The position numbers and the translations under genes are program-made. From Chlamydiota bacterium (lineage in GTDB: Bacteria > Chlamydiota > Chlamydiia > Chlamydiales > Criblamydiaceae), in contig JABDBB010000001.1 of the NCBI GenBank assembly GCA_013288845.1, positions 1-51,323 on the forward strand: DNA of 51,323 nt. The letters are read 5' to 3'. Shown here one piece after another: positions 36,852-45,332 of the stretch (its first letter is position 1; the number at the start of each line of letters is the position of its first letter). Below the pieces are notes generated by a model that saw nothing but the letters and a program-made list of their open reading frames with translations, did no database searches and had not been told where the DNA came from.

Positions 36852-37054
36852 CGCGCGCAGCGTTTGGAGTGCGGTGACTCGTCACCGATTTGCTTTCACA
36901 TCGACTTGTCGATGCATTTTTAAAACTTAGAGAACTAATCTTCGAATGAATTTCTTAATATCTATAAACACAAAATAGCGCTTAAACCGCCTCTACAAGT
37001 CGAGTCGAGGGCAAAGCGGTGACGAGTCACCGCGCTCCAAACGCTGCGCGAATT
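36852..37054. repeat. MITE-like palindromic element, copy 3 (core inverted relative to copies 1 and 2)
   Basis: Same terminal arms as the other copies. The AT-rich core is the reverse complement of the cores of copies 1 and 2. One inner arm is more diverged (CACCGATTTGCTTTCACATCG). Confidence 0.9.
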
Positions 37055-37117
37055 CAATTACATATTGTATAACTAACTAATTATCAGTTACTTAATTCAG
37101 ATTAGCTTAACGCGTAT

Positions 37118-37142
37118 GCGACTTGTCGATGTGAGGGCAAAG
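37118..37142. repeat. Solo fragment of the MITE inner arm
   Basis: GCGACTTGTCGATGTGAGGGCAAAG matches the inner-arm segment CGACAAGTCGATGCGAGGGCAAAG of the element. Confidence 0.6.
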
Positions 37143-37161
37143 ATTGTATTGGATTTGAAAA

Positions 37162-37199
37162 TAAAAAAAGATCGATAGAAGTTATCCTTCTATCGATCT
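37162..37199 (-). terminator. Rho-independent terminator of the Gly/His-rich protein gene
   Basis: Perfect 13-bp stem (37169-37181 with 37187-37199) and a 5-nt loop. On the minus strand it is followed by a U7 tract (plus-strand A-run 37163-37169). Confidence 0.75.
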
Positions 37200-37229
37200 T
37201 GTCTCTTTATCGGGAATTATAGAAACTCC

Positions 37230-37700
37230 CTAGTATCCGATACCGAACGAAACTCCGCCACCGTTGTCAGGCGCGTAGTATACATCCTGATCTTCATCAC
37301 TATCAGTGTCGTAATAATAGTAATTATTACTGCCGCCGTTATACGGATAGTAACCGTCGTTTCCGTAATAACCATAATAGGGACGGGCGTATCCATAACC
37401 GCCATAAAATCCGCTGCCGTAATAGCCGCCGTTCCAATCACCATGATGATGACCGTCGTGATTCCAATCGCCGCCATGATGGCCGCCGCCGCCGTTCCAG
37501 TCACCGCCATGATGACCACCGCCGCCGCCGTTCCAATGACCGCCGCCACCGCTGTGACCGCCGCCACCGCCGCCGCCTTCATGATGTGCAAGTATTTGTG
37601 AAGACGCTGCCGTTTTGCCTATTTCTTGTGAAAAGGCATTGCTGCAAGTCGCCGTAATGAGAAAAGTTAAAGTCAAGAGGCTACTGTTTAGTAGATGCAT
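37230..37700 (-). CDS. Secreted Gly/His/Tyr-rich low-complexity protein
   Basis: Signal peptide MHLLNSSLLTLTFLITATCSNAFSQE. Three GGGGHHGGDWN-type repeats, a Tyr/Gly-rich block, an acidic DTDSDEDQD patch, and a C-terminal SFGIGY. GGAGG lies 6 nt upstream of the ATG. Confidence 0.75.
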   Translation of the reverse strand: MHLLNSSLLTLTFLITATCSNAFSQEIGKTAASSQILAHHEGGGGGGGHSGGGGHWNGGGGGHHGGDWNGGGGHHGGDWNHDGHHHGDWNGGYYGSGFYGGYGYARPYYGYYGNDGYYPYNGGSNNYYYYDTDSDEDQDVYYAPDNGGGVSFGIGY

Positions 37701-37726
37701 ATAGGCCTCCGTGTTTGGTTTTAGGG

Positions 37727-37960
37727 GAAAAAAAAGATGGGGGCAATAAACCTTTTACTCTACAGTCCTAAAGGACTTAGTTTTGGATTTCGGACTGCAT
37801 TTTGTGTAGATGCTCATGATCTACACAAAACGCAGCCCGAGATCAACCTACTAGTTAGAGTTGGTGTTTTAATCCATTTTCTTTTGGATCATCCCGGTGG
37901 GATGTATAACACCCGGGTTTTATATGCTCCCCATCCAAGTGGTAAGAACTCTCTTTATAT
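37727..37960 (-). promoter_or_regulatory. Long, highly structured 5' leader (candidate riboswitch/attenuator or independent sRNA) upstream of the Gly/His-rich gene
   Basis: Long-range closing helix (37926-37935 with 37736-37744). ~27-bp imperfect hairpin at 37786-37844 with a perfect 12-bp apical stem. At least three further local hairpins. The 3' arm of the closing helix is followed by U8 on the minus strand (37728-37735), 27 nt before the ATG. Confidence 0.5.
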
Positions 37961-37964
37961 CCTC

Positions 37965-37993
37965 ATTGTACGAATTTTTATTTCAAATGTCAA
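37965..37993 (-). promoter_or_regulatory. Sigma70-type promoter: TTGACA, 17-nt spacer, TACAAT
   Basis: On the minus strand the -35 TTGACA is at 37988-37993 and the -10 TACAAT at 37965-37970, with an exact 17-nt spacer. Predicted TSS is near 37958. Confidence 0.6.
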
Positions 37994-38085
37994 ATTAATT
38001 CATATAAATTAATTTTTAATCTTCAATAATTAAGATATTATTAATTATTAACCTGTCCTTATAGTAAATTCTATTTGAACAAGTC

Positions 38086-39015
38086 CTAATCAAAGAGAGC
38101 ATCCACAAATTCACGCGTCTCAAACGGCTTTATATCTTCTTCCCCCTCACCAAACGAAATAAATTTAATCGGAATACCCAACTCGCGCTGCGCCCCTATC
38201 ACTATTCCCCCCTTAGCTGTTCCGTCCAATTTTGTGACAACCAGTCCGGTTATCGGAGTGTACTGCCTGAAAATAAGGGCCTGGTCCAATCCGTTTTGAC
38301 CGGTATTGGCATCCAAAATAAGCAATATTTCATGCGGAGCCTCAGGAATGACTTTATTACAGGTCCGTTTAATCTTTTCCAATTCCTGCATCAGATGAGT
38401 TTTATTCTGCAGTCTTCCCGCTGTATCAATAAGGATATAGTCGCAACCGCGCGCTTTTCCCGCTGTAATCGCATCAAAAGCCACAGCGGACGGATCGCTT
38501 CCGGGCTTCCCTCTTACAATATCTAGTCCTAAACGACCGGCCCAAACCTCTAACTGATCAATAGCTCCGGCACGAAAAGTATCCGCTGCGGCAACCAATA
38601 CTTTTTTGCCTTCTTTCACCAGTAGGTGCGAAATTTTTGCTACGGACCCTGTTTTTCCGGCTCCGTTGACACCGATAAATAAAATAACCGTAGGTCCTTT
38701 ATCCTTAGGGGCTTCTGCTAATTCATGAATGCCCGTACCCAAAAATCCAATCACCTCTTCCTTCAGCTTGTCAATATACTCATTCGGTTTTAAGGCGGAA
38801 TTCTCCTTGTGATACCCCTTGATTTTTTCGGTCAGCTCCATCGCGGTCTTTACACCTAAATCGGCCTCATAAAGAATTTCCTCCAAATGCTCCAAAGTCT
38901 CTTCATCAATCGGATTGTGAAATAAATTGCGTAGTTTATTGCCGAGAAGAGAACCTGTTTTTGAAAAAGCATTTTTTACAGCAAGGTAGCCCGTCTTGAA
39001 AAATTTCAGTACCAT
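38086..39015 (-). CDS. ftsY: Signal recognition particle receptor FtsY (NG domain only)
   Basis: Motifs GVNGAGKTGS, DTAGRL, TKLDGTAKGG. Confidence 0.9.
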   Translation of the reverse strand: MVLKFFKTGYLAVKNAFSKTGSLLGNKLRNLFHNPIDEETLEHLEEILYEADLGVKTAMELTEKIKGYHKENSALKPNEYIDKLKEEVIGFLGTGIHELAEAPKDKGPTVILFIGVNGAGKTGSVAKISHLLVKEGKKVLVAAADTFRAGAIDQLEVWAGRLGLDIVRGKPGSDPSAVAFDAITAGKARGCDYILIDTAGRLQNKTHLMQELEKIKRTCNKVIPEAPHEILLILDANTGQNGLDQALIFRQYTPITGLVVTKLDGTAKGGIVIGAQRELGIPIKFISFGEGEEDIKPFETREFVDALFD

Positions 39016-39126
39016 GGATTCACTCGTTGGTTTATGGTTAATTTGACCGGATACTTTCCGGTGTAAGTGTAAATGTTAGCACCACTTTGCTTATAGCAAA
39101 AGATAAATGAGCATCGGAGAAGGTCC

Positions 39127-40296
39127 ATGAATACACATGAATATCAGGCAAAACATGTATTGCAGAAATTCGGAATCCCCATCCCTCCTTTCAGAGTCGT
39201 AGAAAATATAAATCAGGTCGAAAAGGCCGTCAAAGATCTGGGCATCACAAAAGCTGCTGTAAAAGTACAAATCCACGCCGGAGGAAGGGGCAAAGCCGGA
39301 GGGGTCAAATTAGCAAAAACCGTCGAAGAGATTCATTCTCATGTAAAAAATCTGCTGGGAATGAAAATCATCAACAACCAAACCGGACCGGAAGGTGTCA
39401 TAGCGCACAAAGTGATGATCACCGATCTTACGGAAATTAAAAAAGAATATTACGCCGGTGCAGTCATCGACAGAAAAAACGGTACGGCTTCTCTCATCAT
39501 CTCACCGGAAGGGGGGATGGATATCGAAGAAATTGCCGAACACACTCCGGAAAAAATTAAAACCGTTCCCATCCCCGAAAACGGAAAACTTCGAGGTTAT
39601 CAGCTGATTCAAATGGCAAAATTTATGGGATGGACAGGAAAAACGGCTAAAGAGGGAATGAAGGTTCTGGCAGCCCTGGCAAAAGCATTTATAGAAACAG
39701 ACGCCTCTCTTTTGGAAATAAATCCTCTCGTAGAAACTCCATCCGGAGAAATTCTGGCCTTAGATGCTAAACTCAGCATCGATAACAACGCCCTCTTTCG
39801 CCACCCGGAATTTGCAGAATTCTACGACAAAACACAAATACCCTCCAACGAAGCGGAAGCAAATGAACATGAACTGGCTTACGTAGCTCTCGACGGCGAT
39901 ATCGGCTGTATGGTCAACGGAGCCGGTCTGGCCATGGCTACCATGGATATCATCCAACATTTTGGCGGCAAACCGGCAAATTTTCTCGATGTAGGAGGAA
40001 GTGCCGATGTACAAAAAGTCATCGAGGGATTTAAAATTATTTTATCGGACCATAATGTCAAGGCAATCCTAGTCAATATATTCGGCGGAATCATGAACTG
40101 CGCCACTATCGGAGAGGCTGTCGTAAAAGCTGTCAAAGAACTCGGACTAAAAGTCCCTCTCGTCGTACGCATGGAAGGGACGAATGTCGAAGCGGGAAGA
40201 AAAATTTTGGCCGATTCTAAATTGGACATCAGTGTAGCAAAAGGATTATCGGACGCTGCTCAAATGGTCGTTGCAGCCGGAAAAAAAAATAGGTAG
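39127..40296 (+). CDS. sucC: Succinate--CoA ligase subunit beta
   Basis: Motifs [31 protein letters not shown]. Confidence 0.95.
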   Translation: MNTHEYQAKHVLQKFGIPIPPFRVVENINQVEKAVKDLGITKAAVKVQIHAGGRGKAGGVKLAKTVEEIHSHVKNLLGMKIINNQTGPEGVIAHKVMITDLTEIKKEYYAGAVIDRKNGTASLIISPEGGMDIEEIAEHTPEKIKTVPIPENGKLRGYQLIQMAKFMGWTGKTAKEGMKVLAALAKAFIETDASLLEINPLVETPSGEILALDAKLSIDNNALFRHPEFAEFYDKTQIPSNEAEANEHELAYVALDGDIGCMVNGAGLAMATMDIIQHFGGKPANFLDVGGSADVQKVIEGFKIILSDHNVKAILVNIFGGIMNCATIGEAVVKAVKELGLKVPLVVRMEGTNVEAGRKILADSKLDISVAKGLSDAAQMVVAAGKKNR

Positions 40297-40303
40297 GGGA
40301 ATT

Positions 40304-41179
40304 ATGTTTATACCGCTAAATGAAAAAACCCGGGTAATCACTCAGGGAATTACCGGAAAAGCAGGGCAATTCCATACAGAACAATGTCTGGCTTACGGCA
40401 CGAAAATGGTCGGAGGGGTCACTCCGGGAAAAGGAGGAGAAAAGATTTTCGGACTTCCCGTTTTTGATACAGTCGCAGAAGCAAAAAAAGAAACGAATTG
40501 CGATGCTACCATGATTTTTGTCCCTCCCGCATACGCAGCAGACTCTATTCTCGAAGCGGAAGAAGCCGGCATCCCTCTCATCATATGTATTACCGAAGGC
40601 ATTCCCATCCGAGATATGTTGGAAGTCAGCAAAATAATGAAGAACAGCAAAACAAGCAGACTCATAGGTCCCAACTGTCCGGGTGTCATCACTCCCGGCA
40701 AATGCAAAATAGGAATCATGCCGGGATATATCCACAAACCGGGGAAAATCGGAATAGTCTCTCGATCCGGAACCCTCACCTACGAAGCTGTCTGGCAAAC
40801 AACACAAAACGGACTGGGTCAATCCACCTGCGTAGGCATAGGAGGCGATCCTCTAAACGGCACCGATTTCATTGATGTTCTCGAGGCATTTGAAAAAGAT
40901 CCCCAAACAGAAGCGATACTCATGATCGGAGAAATCGGCGGCGATGCCGAAGAAAGAGCGGCGGAATGGATCGCAAAACATTGCAAAAAACCTGTTGCAG
41001 CGTTTATTGCAGGAAGAACCGCCCCTGCAGGAAGGCGAATGGGTCACGCAGGAGCAATAATCTCCGGCGGAAAAGGCACCGCTTCCGGTAAAATAGAGGC
41101 TCTGCGTAAAGCCGGGGTAACCGTTGCAGAAAGTCCTGCCGAAATGGGTGCAGCAGTAGAAAAATCGCTAACACTATAA
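40304..41179 (+). CDS. sucD: Succinate--CoA ligase subunit alpha
   Basis: Motifs [22 protein letters not shown], and the phosphohistidine loop GHAGAII. ATG at 40304 follows GGGGA. The track ORF start at 40271 lies inside sucC. Confidence 0.95.
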   Translation: MFIPLNEKTRVITQGITGKAGQFHTEQCLAYGTKMVGGVTPGKGGEKIFGLPVFDTVAEAKKETNCDATMIFVPPAYAADSILEAEEAGIPLIICITEGIPIRDMLEVSKIMKNSKTSRLIGPNCPGVITPGKCKIGIMPGYIHKPGKIGIVSRSGTLTYEAVWQTTQNGLGQSTCVGIGGDPLNGTDFIDVLEAFEKDPQTEAILMIGEIGGDAEERAAEWIAKHCKKPVAAFIAGRTAPAGRRMGHAGAIISGGKGTASGKIEALRKAGVTVAESPAEMGAAVEKSLTL

Positions 41180-41193
41180 AGAAAAACTCGTCT

Positions 41194-42324
41194 ATGTCAA
41201 TACCTATACGTATACATCCTTTTTTTTGGGTCCTTGCCGCTCTTATCGGCTGGCTATCCACCTCTAATCTCCTCCTCACTGTTGTCTGGATGGCTGTGAT
41301 ATTTATATCCGTCCTCGTTCATGAATACGGACACGCTTCGGCCGCTTTGTTTTTCGGACAAAAAGCAACCATCAATCTTGTCGCACTGGGCGGCGCAACG
41401 CAAAGAGAAGGGGCGAAAATCAAGCTTTGGCAGGAATTTCTGGTTGTCTTAAACGGTCCGATTTTCGGATTCCTCCTCTGTGCTTTGGCTTTTTCATTAC
41501 AAAAGATATTTGCGGAAAGTTTGAGCCCCATGATTTTTTACACTCTTTCCATCGCTGTGTACATCAATTTTTTCTGGACGATATTCAACCTACTTCCGGT
41601 TCATCCGCTCGACGGAGGAAAACTGGTACAAATAGTTCTCGAGGCAATGTTCGGTGTCCCCGGAATAAAATTTGCTGTCATAGCAAGTCTTTTCCTTAGC
41701 TTTATCTTGGGATTATTATCCTTTGCGTATGGCTTTTTTTTTATAGGCTCTCTGTTTTTCTTTCTGATGTTTGAAAATTATCAATACTACTCTTCTATGA
41801 AATCCATGACGCAAAATGATCGAAATGAAAATATTACAGCGCAAATGAAAGCGGCTGACACAGCCATGAAATCGGGGAATTTCAACGAAGCTTCCGGAAT
41901 TTTAGAAAAAGTTCGCAATGAATCAGGACCGGGAATAACAAATACACTGGCTACACAAATGCTTTCCCTTATTTTTTTTCGGGAAAGGCGATACAGTGAA
42001 GCCTACGATCTTGTGTATTCCATCAAAAATAAGATGACGCCGGAATTCCTTAAATCAGCACAAAGAATAGCGTATGAAGCCAAACAATTTGATGTGGCTA
42101 TCGAGTGGGGAAAAACGGCTTTTCGTGAAATTCCCGATTATGAAATCGCTGTCATAAATGCATTAAGTCATGCATACAAAAGAGAAGCCGAACCCGCTTC
42201 GGGTTGGCTTCTGGCTGCATATCATGAAGGATGTCCCGATTTCCGGGCTCTCTTAAAACAAAAAGAATTCGACGCTATTCGCTCCGATCCTTCATTTAAA
42301 AAAACGGAAGCATTAAGTAACTGA
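41194..42324 (+). CDS. M50-family (site-2 protease-like) membrane metalloprotease with a C-terminal TPR-like domain
   Basis: HExxH motif in VHEYGHA, and second motif NLLPVHPLDGG. Multiple TM segments and a helical-repeat C-terminus. Confidence 0.75.
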   Translation: MSIPIRIHPFFWVLAALIGWLSTSNLLLTVVWMAVIFISVLVHEYGHASAALFFGQKATINLVALGGATQREGAKIKLWQEFLVVLNGPIFGFLLCALAFSLQKIFAESLSPMIFYTLSIAVYINFFWTIFNLLPVHPLDGGKLVQIVLEAMFGVPGIKFAVIASLFLSFILGLLSFAYGFFFIGSLFFFLMFENYQYYSSMKSMTQNDRNENITAQMKAADTAMKSGNFNEASGILEKVRNESGPGITNTLATQMLSLIFFRERRYSEAYDLVYSIKNKMTPEFLKSAQRIAYEAKQFDVAIEWGKTAFREIPDYEIAVINALSHAYKREAEPASGWLLAAYHEGCPDFRALLKQKEFDAIRSDPSFKKTEALSN

Positions 42325-42393
42325 AATTTTCTTCACTCAACCTCGGGCTTTTATGTATAGGTGCTTCGCACCTTTGATTTACTTATTTTGCAT

Positions 42394-42843
42394 TTAAGCC
42401 TTACACCACTCCCCTTCAAAAAAGACATACTTCTTGGTGTGAGTAGAAATTATCTTCTCTACTATTTCATTATTATTGATTAGTTTTTTTAAATCTTCTT
42501 TAACGTCATAAAGCGGAAAATTTTCAAATGGAAATGTGCTTAAGATATCTATATAAGTTACGTTGTCATTCGAAAATCTTCTTCCTTGGAGAATCAGATT
42601 AGGTCCTATTACAAAAATTACATTTTTATGAAAGCAACGACTTGTTTTTTCTTCCGTTATTGGATGGGTATCCGGATAATTCCAATTAGGTGTTGGTGTA
42701 CCATCTGTTTTTTTTTCACAGTCTCTGCAAAGCCATACACCTTCCGTAGCTTTGGTGTTCGGGTCATATCCGAGATCTGTAATTTTCCCGATAAACAAAT
42801 TGTGTACAGGTATGCCGGTTTGTATTATAGTATTAGAGGTCAT
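42394..42843 (-). CDS. Hypothetical protein (149 aa)
   Basis: Long ORF containing a CxxC pair (CRDCEKK). No family recognised. Confidence 0.4.
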   Translation of the reverse strand: MTSNTIIQTGIPVHNLFIGKITDLGYDPNTKATEGVWLCRDCEKKTDGTPTPNWNYPDTHPITEEKTSRCFHKNVIFVIGPNLILQGRRFSNDNVTYIDILSTFPFENFPLYDVKEDLKKLINNNEIVEKIISTHTKKYVFFEGEWCKA

Positions 42844-42924
42844 AATTATCTCCTTATAAAAATGTTTCGATTTAGTTTGGTATTTATTATATAGATGCTT
42901 TTATTAGATATCAACCCAAAAAAA

Positions 42925-43311
42925 TCAGTGCACTCTCATCGAAAGAAATTTTAGTTGGCCGTCCTGCTTAATCAGCAACAATACCGGTCTTCCCTCTTCC
43001 GAAACATTCAAAATATGATAAAACTCTTCAGTCGTCATAATTTTTTGCTGATTCGCTTCGACAACCAAAGCCCCTTTTTTCATTCCTGCCTCTGCTGCAG
43101 GACTTCCCCGGCGAACGTTGCTTATCACAACCCCTTTATTATTCATGATATCTAAATTTTGAGCCATTTCCGGAGTGATATTTTCCACCTCAAATCCGAA
43201 ATCCGAAACGGCATCACCTTGTATCATTCCTATGTTATCAACAGAATGTATATAAGAATGTGAAGAAAATATGAGCAAAAAAATCGAATATATTTTTAGT
43301 GTTCTTGACAT
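42925..43311 (-). CDS. Secreted stand-alone PDZ-domain protein
   Basis: Signal peptide MSRTLKIYSIFLLIFSSHSYIHS. HtrA-type PDZ segment GVVISNVRRGSPAAEAGMKKGALVVEANQQKI. Confidence 0.65.
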   Translation of the reverse strand: MSRTLKIYSIFLLIFSSHSYIHSVDNIGMIQGDAVSDFGFEVENITPEMAQNLDIMNNKGVVISNVRRGSPAAEAGMKKGALVVEANQQKIMTTEEFYHILNVSEEGRPVLLLIKQDGQLKFLSMRVH

Positions 43312-43477
43312 GTCGGTTTCTCCCGGGTTGAGTGTAATGAAAAAATTTTATTCTTAAGAGAAAAAAATCGCAAGTATCCGGATATTTTTTTAGGTATTGT
43401 GTATAATAAAATTTTAAATTTATCGTCTGTAAACACGTCGGTAAAAAATACACAAACTTTCAAAAAAAGGAAAAAAG

Positions 43478-43804
43478 ATGATCATAGAAAAAAAAATATA
43501 TACAATCAGCGACATGCGTCATGATCTATACACTACAATAAATATCATGAACCGGTTTTTTAATAACCGGGATATCGATATTAAAAAAATATGGTTTAGT
43601 ATAAAGCGTGGTGTTTGCACTGTGAATATAGAAGGAAGAATTTCGATAAAACCTATTAGTATGTGCATCTATAAAAATAACGGCAAAATTGTATCTGTCC
43701 ATAGGATTGTGAACATAACTTATGAAAAAATTCTGCATCCATATCTAAGTGATGAATTAACGGATGAGCTTCTCTCTGAAATTGAGAAGCATTTCAATAA
43801 TTAA
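43478..43804 (+). CDS. Hypothetical protein (108 aa)
   Basis: ORF preceded by AAGGAAAAAAG. Its 3' end overlaps the convergent M20 gene by 48 bp. No family recognised. Confidence 0.3.
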   Translation: MIIEKKIYTISDMRHDLYTTINIMNRFFNNRDIDIKKIWFSIKRGVCTVNIEGRISIKPISMCIYKNNGKIVSVHRIVNITYEKILHPYLSDELTDELLSEIEKHFNN

Positions 43805-45151
43805 TCGAAATCCCTGTTCAAAACGATCCCAACCGAAATGTTCGTTGGGAGCATGGATGTTATCGCTGTCTAATCCAAGCCCGACAAGAATAATCTCAGC
43901 ATTACAGGCATTTTTTAATGCGGATGCTACGGGGATGGATCCCCCCTCAAAACTATAGAGGCACTTCTTTCCGAAAACATCAGTATATGCCTGAAAGAAG
44001 GCTTTTACAATAGCGGAATCGGAATCGGCTCGCACAGCTTTGCCTTTTCCGGAATGGACATTCACGGCAATCTTTATTCCTTCAGGAGCCAAAGAGGTAA
44101 TATAATGCGATACGGCTTTTGCAATTTCATCCGGATCCTGATCAGGAACTAATCGACAAGAAATTTTTGCATGGGCTTTTGCAGGAATTACGGTTTTAAA
44201 TCCGACGCCGGAATATCCGCCGGAAATTCCGTTAATTTCCAAAGTAGGACGTATCGTCGATCTTTCAAGAGGCGTATACGATTTTTCTCCGCCCGATGCA
44301 ATTAGTCCAAACGTCTCTTTATAGAAGTCGGCATCGAAATAAAAAGAAATTTCTTCTCTGTCTTTTGCAGATAACTCCCTTACTTTGTCATAAAAACCGG
44401 GAACAGTAATTCTTCCCTCTGAATCGCGCAGTTTACTCAAAATTTCCGTCAAAGCATGGATAGGATTAAAAGCTCTTCCTCCATGTGTTCCTGAATGAAG
44501 GTCGGTCAACGATCCTGTAGCCTCTACATCCATAGTGACTAATCCGCGCACTCCCAAAGTAACTGCCGGAGTATCTTTTGCAGGAATTCCCATGTCGGCA
44601 ATGACCAAATAATCGACTTGAAGGAATTTTTTTTTGGAATCCAATATGGCTGCAATATTTTTAGAGCCGACCTCTTCTTCTCCTTCAATGATCCACTTGA
44701 TGTTGACGGGAAGCTCTCCGGTCAATTCCAACAATGTTTTAAAAGCCTGATACACATACATGCATTGACCTTTGTTATCTTGAGCGCCCCTGGCAAAAAT
44801 TTGGTTATTTTTGAGAGTAGGTTCAAAAGGGGGGGTATCCCATAAATCTATCGGATCAACAGGTTGTACATCATAGTGATTATAAAAAAGGATGGTGGGT
44901 TTATCCGGACCTGCTTTGGAATATTCTGCGTAAAGAATAGGATTTCCTTCCGTTTCCCACATATCTACAGTAAAACCTATGGACGAAATTTTTTCTTTTA
45001 ACCACGAGGCACACTGAAGGAGTTCATTGCGAAACAGAGGATCGGCACTGATACTTTTGAAGCGTAAAAAGGTGAAATATTCTTCTAAAAAAATATGTTC
45101 TTTTTCTTTGAAAACTTTTTGTAGCTCTGACAAGTGCGAACGGGTATTCAT
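43757..45151 (-). CDS. M20-family metallopeptidase (dipeptidase/acylase-like)
   Basis: 464 aa. Motifs NHYDVQPVDP, GAQDNKG, IEGEEEVGS. Confidence 0.8.
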   Translation of the reverse strand: MNTRSHLSELQKVFKEKEHIFLEEYFTFLRFKSISADPLFRNELLQCASWLKEKISSIGFTVDMWETEGNPILYAEYSKAGPDKPTILFYNHYDVQPVDPIDLWDTPPFEPTLKNNQIFARGAQDNKGQCMYVYQAFKTLLELTGELPVNIKWIIEGEEEVGSKNIAAILDSKKKFLQVDYLVIADMGIPAKDTPAVTLGVRGLVTMDVEATGSLTDLHSGTHGGRAFNPIHALTEILSKLRDSEGRITVPGFYDKVRELSAKDREEISFYFDADFYKETFGLIASGGEKSYTPLERSTIRPTLEINGISGGYSGVGFKTVIPAKAHAKISCRLVPDQDPDEIAKAVSHYITSLAPEGIKIAVNVHSGKGKAVRADSDSAIVKAFFQAYTDVFGKKCLYSFEGGSIPVASALKNACNAEIILVGLGLDSDNIHAPNEHFGWDRFEQGFRLIIEMLLNFREKLIR

Positions 45152-45332
45152 CGGAATGTCTCCTTCATTTTTTGAATCAGCCTAAACGATTTATTTTTAT
45201 CTCTCTATAAAAAAATCTATCTTGACAAAAGTAAAAGTTTTGCGTTAAAAATTATCCTTGGTTTAAAAGAAAAAATTGTGTCGGATAACTTCTAACCGAA
45301 AATTCATCTTTATTTAATTGAAAGGCTTTATC

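Noticed and set aside
3292-37054. Whether the three ~200-bp repeats could be CRISPR repeats or IS elements
   Set aside because: The copies are 15-18 kb apart, are long palindromes rather than 25-40-nt direct repeats with spacers, and encode no transposase. A MITE/REP-like element is the better description.
37217-37591. 124-aa Ala/Val/Thr-rich ORF antisense to the Gly/His-rich gene
   Set aside because: It is a compositional shadow of GGN/CAY repeats read on the opposite strand. It has no RBS, and the sense ORF has a signal peptide, RBS and terminator.
37727-37960. Possibility that the structured region is tmRNA, RNase P RNA, SRP (4.5S) RNA or 6S RNA
   Set aside because: I found none of the hallmark motifs on either strand:
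- no GGGG...UUCGA start or tRNA-like CCA end for tmRNA
- no GGAAAGUCCGG/ACAGAACCCGGCUUA pair for RNase P
- no GGAA-tetraloop/AGCA domain IV for SRP

The main hairpin is off-centre for a 6S-like fold. Only a covariance-model search can exclude them fully.
37737-38012. 91-aa plus-strand ORF in the ftsY / Gly-His-rich gene intergenic region
   Set aside because: It has no RBS and lies exactly over the stem-rich leader and the minus-strand promoter. Its sequence is better explained as structured non-coding RNA.
40316-40875. Three overlapping 125-168-aa ORFs (two antisense, one sense in an alternative frame) across sucD. Similar sets occur at 22502-23030 in glmM, 152-526 in gmhA and 35164-35540 in paralog F.
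   Set aside because: All lie within genes with unambiguous family motifs in another frame or on the opposite strand. Their sequences are low-complexity or Cys/Arg/Ser-rich, as is typical of shadow frames.
42359-42373. Hairpin AGGTGC-TTC-GCACCT between the convergent M50 gene and the 149-aa ORF, as a possible terminator
   Set aside because: The stem is only 6 bp and is followed by an interrupted T-rich stretch. That is too weak to call.
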